A DNA stretch of 64,000 nucleotides from Peptococcaceae bacterium SCADC1_2_3 (GTDB taxonomy: Bacteria; Bacillota; Desulfotomaculia; Desulfotomaculales; Nap2-2B): the NCBI GenBank assembly GCA_000681355.2, contig JJNX02000004.1:757-64756 (forward strand), given 5' to 3'. The notes beneath the pieces were generated by a model that saw nothing but the letters and a program-made list of their open reading frames with translations, was not told where the DNA came from and searched no databases. A program made the position numbers and the translations under genes. Numbering within the stretch: position 1 is the first letter of the stretch; each line of letters opens with the position of its first letter. Positions 61,523 to 64,000 of the stretch are shown piece after piece.

Positions 61523-64000
61523 ATGAATAAAAAAGCGCTGCATGATTTTACTTTAAGGGCCAGAAAACTTCTTATTTCTGAGGTAGAGGAATTACTGGAA
61601 GCGGTTTATGGCTTGCATAATAATGGAATATTTGAATCAATAGATCATTTGCCGGTAATTAGCACAGATAAAAATACAAAAAATACCAGAGCACATCTGG
61701 AAAAGTTCCTGATTGACGAATCTAAGGCCGGACTTAGAGGTCATAATGCTTATGAAAAACTGGTCAAGGAAATTGCCTTTACCTGGCTTAACCGTTTTAT
61801 AGCCTTTAAAATGATGGAAGTCCGCCGGCTTATTCGCCAGACTATCACCAAAGGAACAGATTCTAATAGTTTTAAATTGTGGCTTACCCAAGAAGGAAAT
61901 GAAGCTATCCTTTATCTATATGAAGAAGGCGATTCACCCAAGAATGCTTTCGGGGAAGGCCCCCGGGATATAGCCCTACCGGTACTTTATTTTATGGCAA
62001 TGTTCAGAGATAGCAAAGGAAATAAAAGTTCTTTTTGATCCAGGTAGTTTAGCCAGCCTTTTGTTTCCAAAGCCTCGCGCAATTAAAGAATTGGTCCAAA
62101 TGATCAATGCCAAAGAGCTTGCCGAGGAATGGCAAGAAGGAAATGAAGAAACAATTGGTTGGGTTTACCAATATTTTAATGAACCAGAAATTTTGGGTTA
62201 GTGGCCTTTGAACTCTTAGTTCAAATGTACCGCGAGGAGATAGAAAATACAGGTAAACCAGGTTGGCCTAACCAGCCGTCGGTCCCAGATACGGAACGTA
62301 TTCCGGCAGCTATTCTTGAAAATAACTTATATGGTATTGACCTTGATTTGCGTGCTGTTCAACTCTCGGCCCTGACGCTTTATTTTAAAGCCAGATCGTT
62401 CAATAGAACTGCTTTACTTAGGAATAGCAACTTAGCCTGTGCTGACGTGCTTCTTTTAAATGGCGAACGCCTGGAAGGTTTTTTACGAGAGATGCATTTA
62501 TCTCATCCTATTTACGAAAGAATTATAAAAACCCTCTGGCACCGGCTCAAAGATGCAAGCCAAACCGGTTCCCTGCTGCGTTTGGAAGATGAGATTCGTA
62601 AACTTATCTCCAAGGAGAAAGAACGGTTTAACCGGGAGGGCCGGCAGCTTGACATTTTCGGTTGGTCTTTAGAACAGTTTGAAAAGGAAGCGTCTAATGA
62701 AGAATATTGGAAAACTCTCGAACATAAAATTATTGAATCATTTAACGAGTTTGCTCGGCTTCAGGCAGAACAGGGAAAAGACGAGTCCTACTTTATCGGT
62801 GAAGCAACAAAAGGCTTGCGCTTACTTGATGTAATGCTGCGCCAGTATGATATAGTGGTAACCAACCCTCCTTACCTGGATGTCCGTGATTATAATTCCC
62901 GCTTAAAGTCATTTATGGAATCAGCCTACCCAAATAGCAAACGTAATCTTTACGCTGCCTTCCTTGAACGTTGTTTGGAGTTTCTTAAGCCGGGGGCCAG
63001 GCTGGGTATTATTACCCCCCCCAAACATTCATGTTCATTACTAGCTTTGAAAAAGTACGGGAACGCCTGCGTGGCTCAGTCACCATCGAATCGCTGGTTC
63101 ATACCGGTCTAAATACTTTTGAAGATACGGTAGTGGATTGTGCATTTTATATTTTACGCCGCGAAGCGGAGGCCGGGAAACGTCAAAACGCTGCGGCGAT
63201 CTATTTTCGCCTGGTTAGAGAACCAGATGCGCTGGCTAAGCGCCAAGCCTTTGAATCGGCGGTGGCTGCCCTCCAACGTGGCGAAAATTATCATCAAGTT
63301 TACCACTACCAGCAGGGTGATTTTGATGCTATTCCTGACAGTCCCTGGGTTTACTAGATTACACCTGGTATACGCCAGCTTTTTATTGATTTACCAAAAT
63401 TGGGTGATATAGCACAACCACGTCAGGGATTAGCTACTGCTGATAACTTCCGGTTTTTGCGCTTCTGGTGGGAAGTAGGTAAACCCCGGATTGCTTTTGG
63501 CTGCAAAAATCACGTTGAGGCTCAGGCTACGCAAAAAAAGTGGTTCCCTTACATGAAGGGCGGGGCTTACCGGAAGTGGTATGGGAATCAGGAATATGTG
63601 GTGAACTGGTATAAGGATGGTGTGGAGATCAAGAATTTAGTTGGGGAAAATGGGCGGGTTGCATCGCGCCCGCAAAACACTGATTTTTACTTTCGTGAAG
63701 GCGTAACCTGGACGGATTTAAGTTCGGCAGGCTTTGGCGCTCGTTACCTTCCGCAAGGGTTTATTTTTGACGTAAAAGGTTCGTCAGGTTTCCCTCCGGA
63801 GGATTTGATTCCTGAAGTGCTTGCGGTTTTAAATTCTAAGTGGTCGCAGTACGCACTGGCCATTTTTAATCCCACTGTCTCGTTTCAGGTCGGGGATATT
63901 GCCCGCGTTCCTGTTCTGGAAAAAAACCGGCTTTCCTCACAAATATTGTCGGGGCTTGCCCATAGAGCAATAATAATCCGTCAACAGGAGTCTACCGAAA
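61523..64000 (+). pseudogene. pglX: BREX type 1 methyltransferase pglX, disrupted (continues past the window end)
   Basis: PglX-like blocks: IAFTWLNRFIAFKMMEV, GWVYQYFNEPE, LENNLYGIDLDLRAVQL, VTNPPY, KWFPYMKGGAYRKWYGNQEYVVNW. They are spread over three frames, with an in-frame TAG and motif I missing. Confidence 0.7.

Overview
All calls below come from reading the ORF translations and the DNA by eye. No similarity or covariance search was run, so family names are motif- and context-based hypotheses.

The window looks like a chromosomal segment of a spore-forming, probably anaerobic or thermophilic Firmicute (Clostridia-like). Supporting markers are spoIID, spoIIID-mbl, an OLE-type RNA locus and CIRCE-groESL.

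**About 2.7-33.6 kb: conserved core block, almost all on the minus strand.**
- tlyA-dxs-oapA-[large structured RNA]-ispA-xseB, then tsaD.
- A sirtuin and a B12 acyl-CoA mutase cluster with two paralogous catalytic subunits.
- mbl-spoIIID-spoIID, then the complete F1Fo atp operon (atpZ, I, B, E, F, H, A, G, D, C).
- wecB, dut-thyX-dCMP deaminase-glyA, and rpiB-ywlE-mntP-tsaC.

**33.9-43.6 kb.** MFS/TreT-like pair, FtsX-type ABC exporter, crotonase, a DUF3866 gene pair and groESL.

**tRNA-Thr (43.9 kb) to the window end: mosaic accessory and defence region.**
- Toxin-antitoxin modules: HicB-like, PIN/HTH, ParE/Phd, and a decayed MazEF.
- A Fic protein and a release-factor-like (baeRF-like) protein.
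- Remnants of a DNA methyltransferase, a Y1 transposase, a DUF1670 gene and a group II intron.
- After tRNA-Arg (57.5 kb), a decayed BREX locus: a brxC fragment and a multiply disrupted pglX.
- Inside that BREX locus sits a visibly more GC-rich ~3 kb insert. It carries an apparently intact two-gene cassette (predicted HEPN RNase with a C-terminal HTH, plus a NucS-like PD-(D/E)xK nuclease). The cassette lies behind a strong promoter and a structured ~240-nt leader.

**Main candidates.**
- The two-gene cassette is my best candidate for an undescribed defence system.
- A ~130-240 bp MITE-like element with 8-bp target-site duplications occurs four times. One copy sits between the OLE-like RNA and oapA.

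No CRISPR array or rRNA gene was seen.
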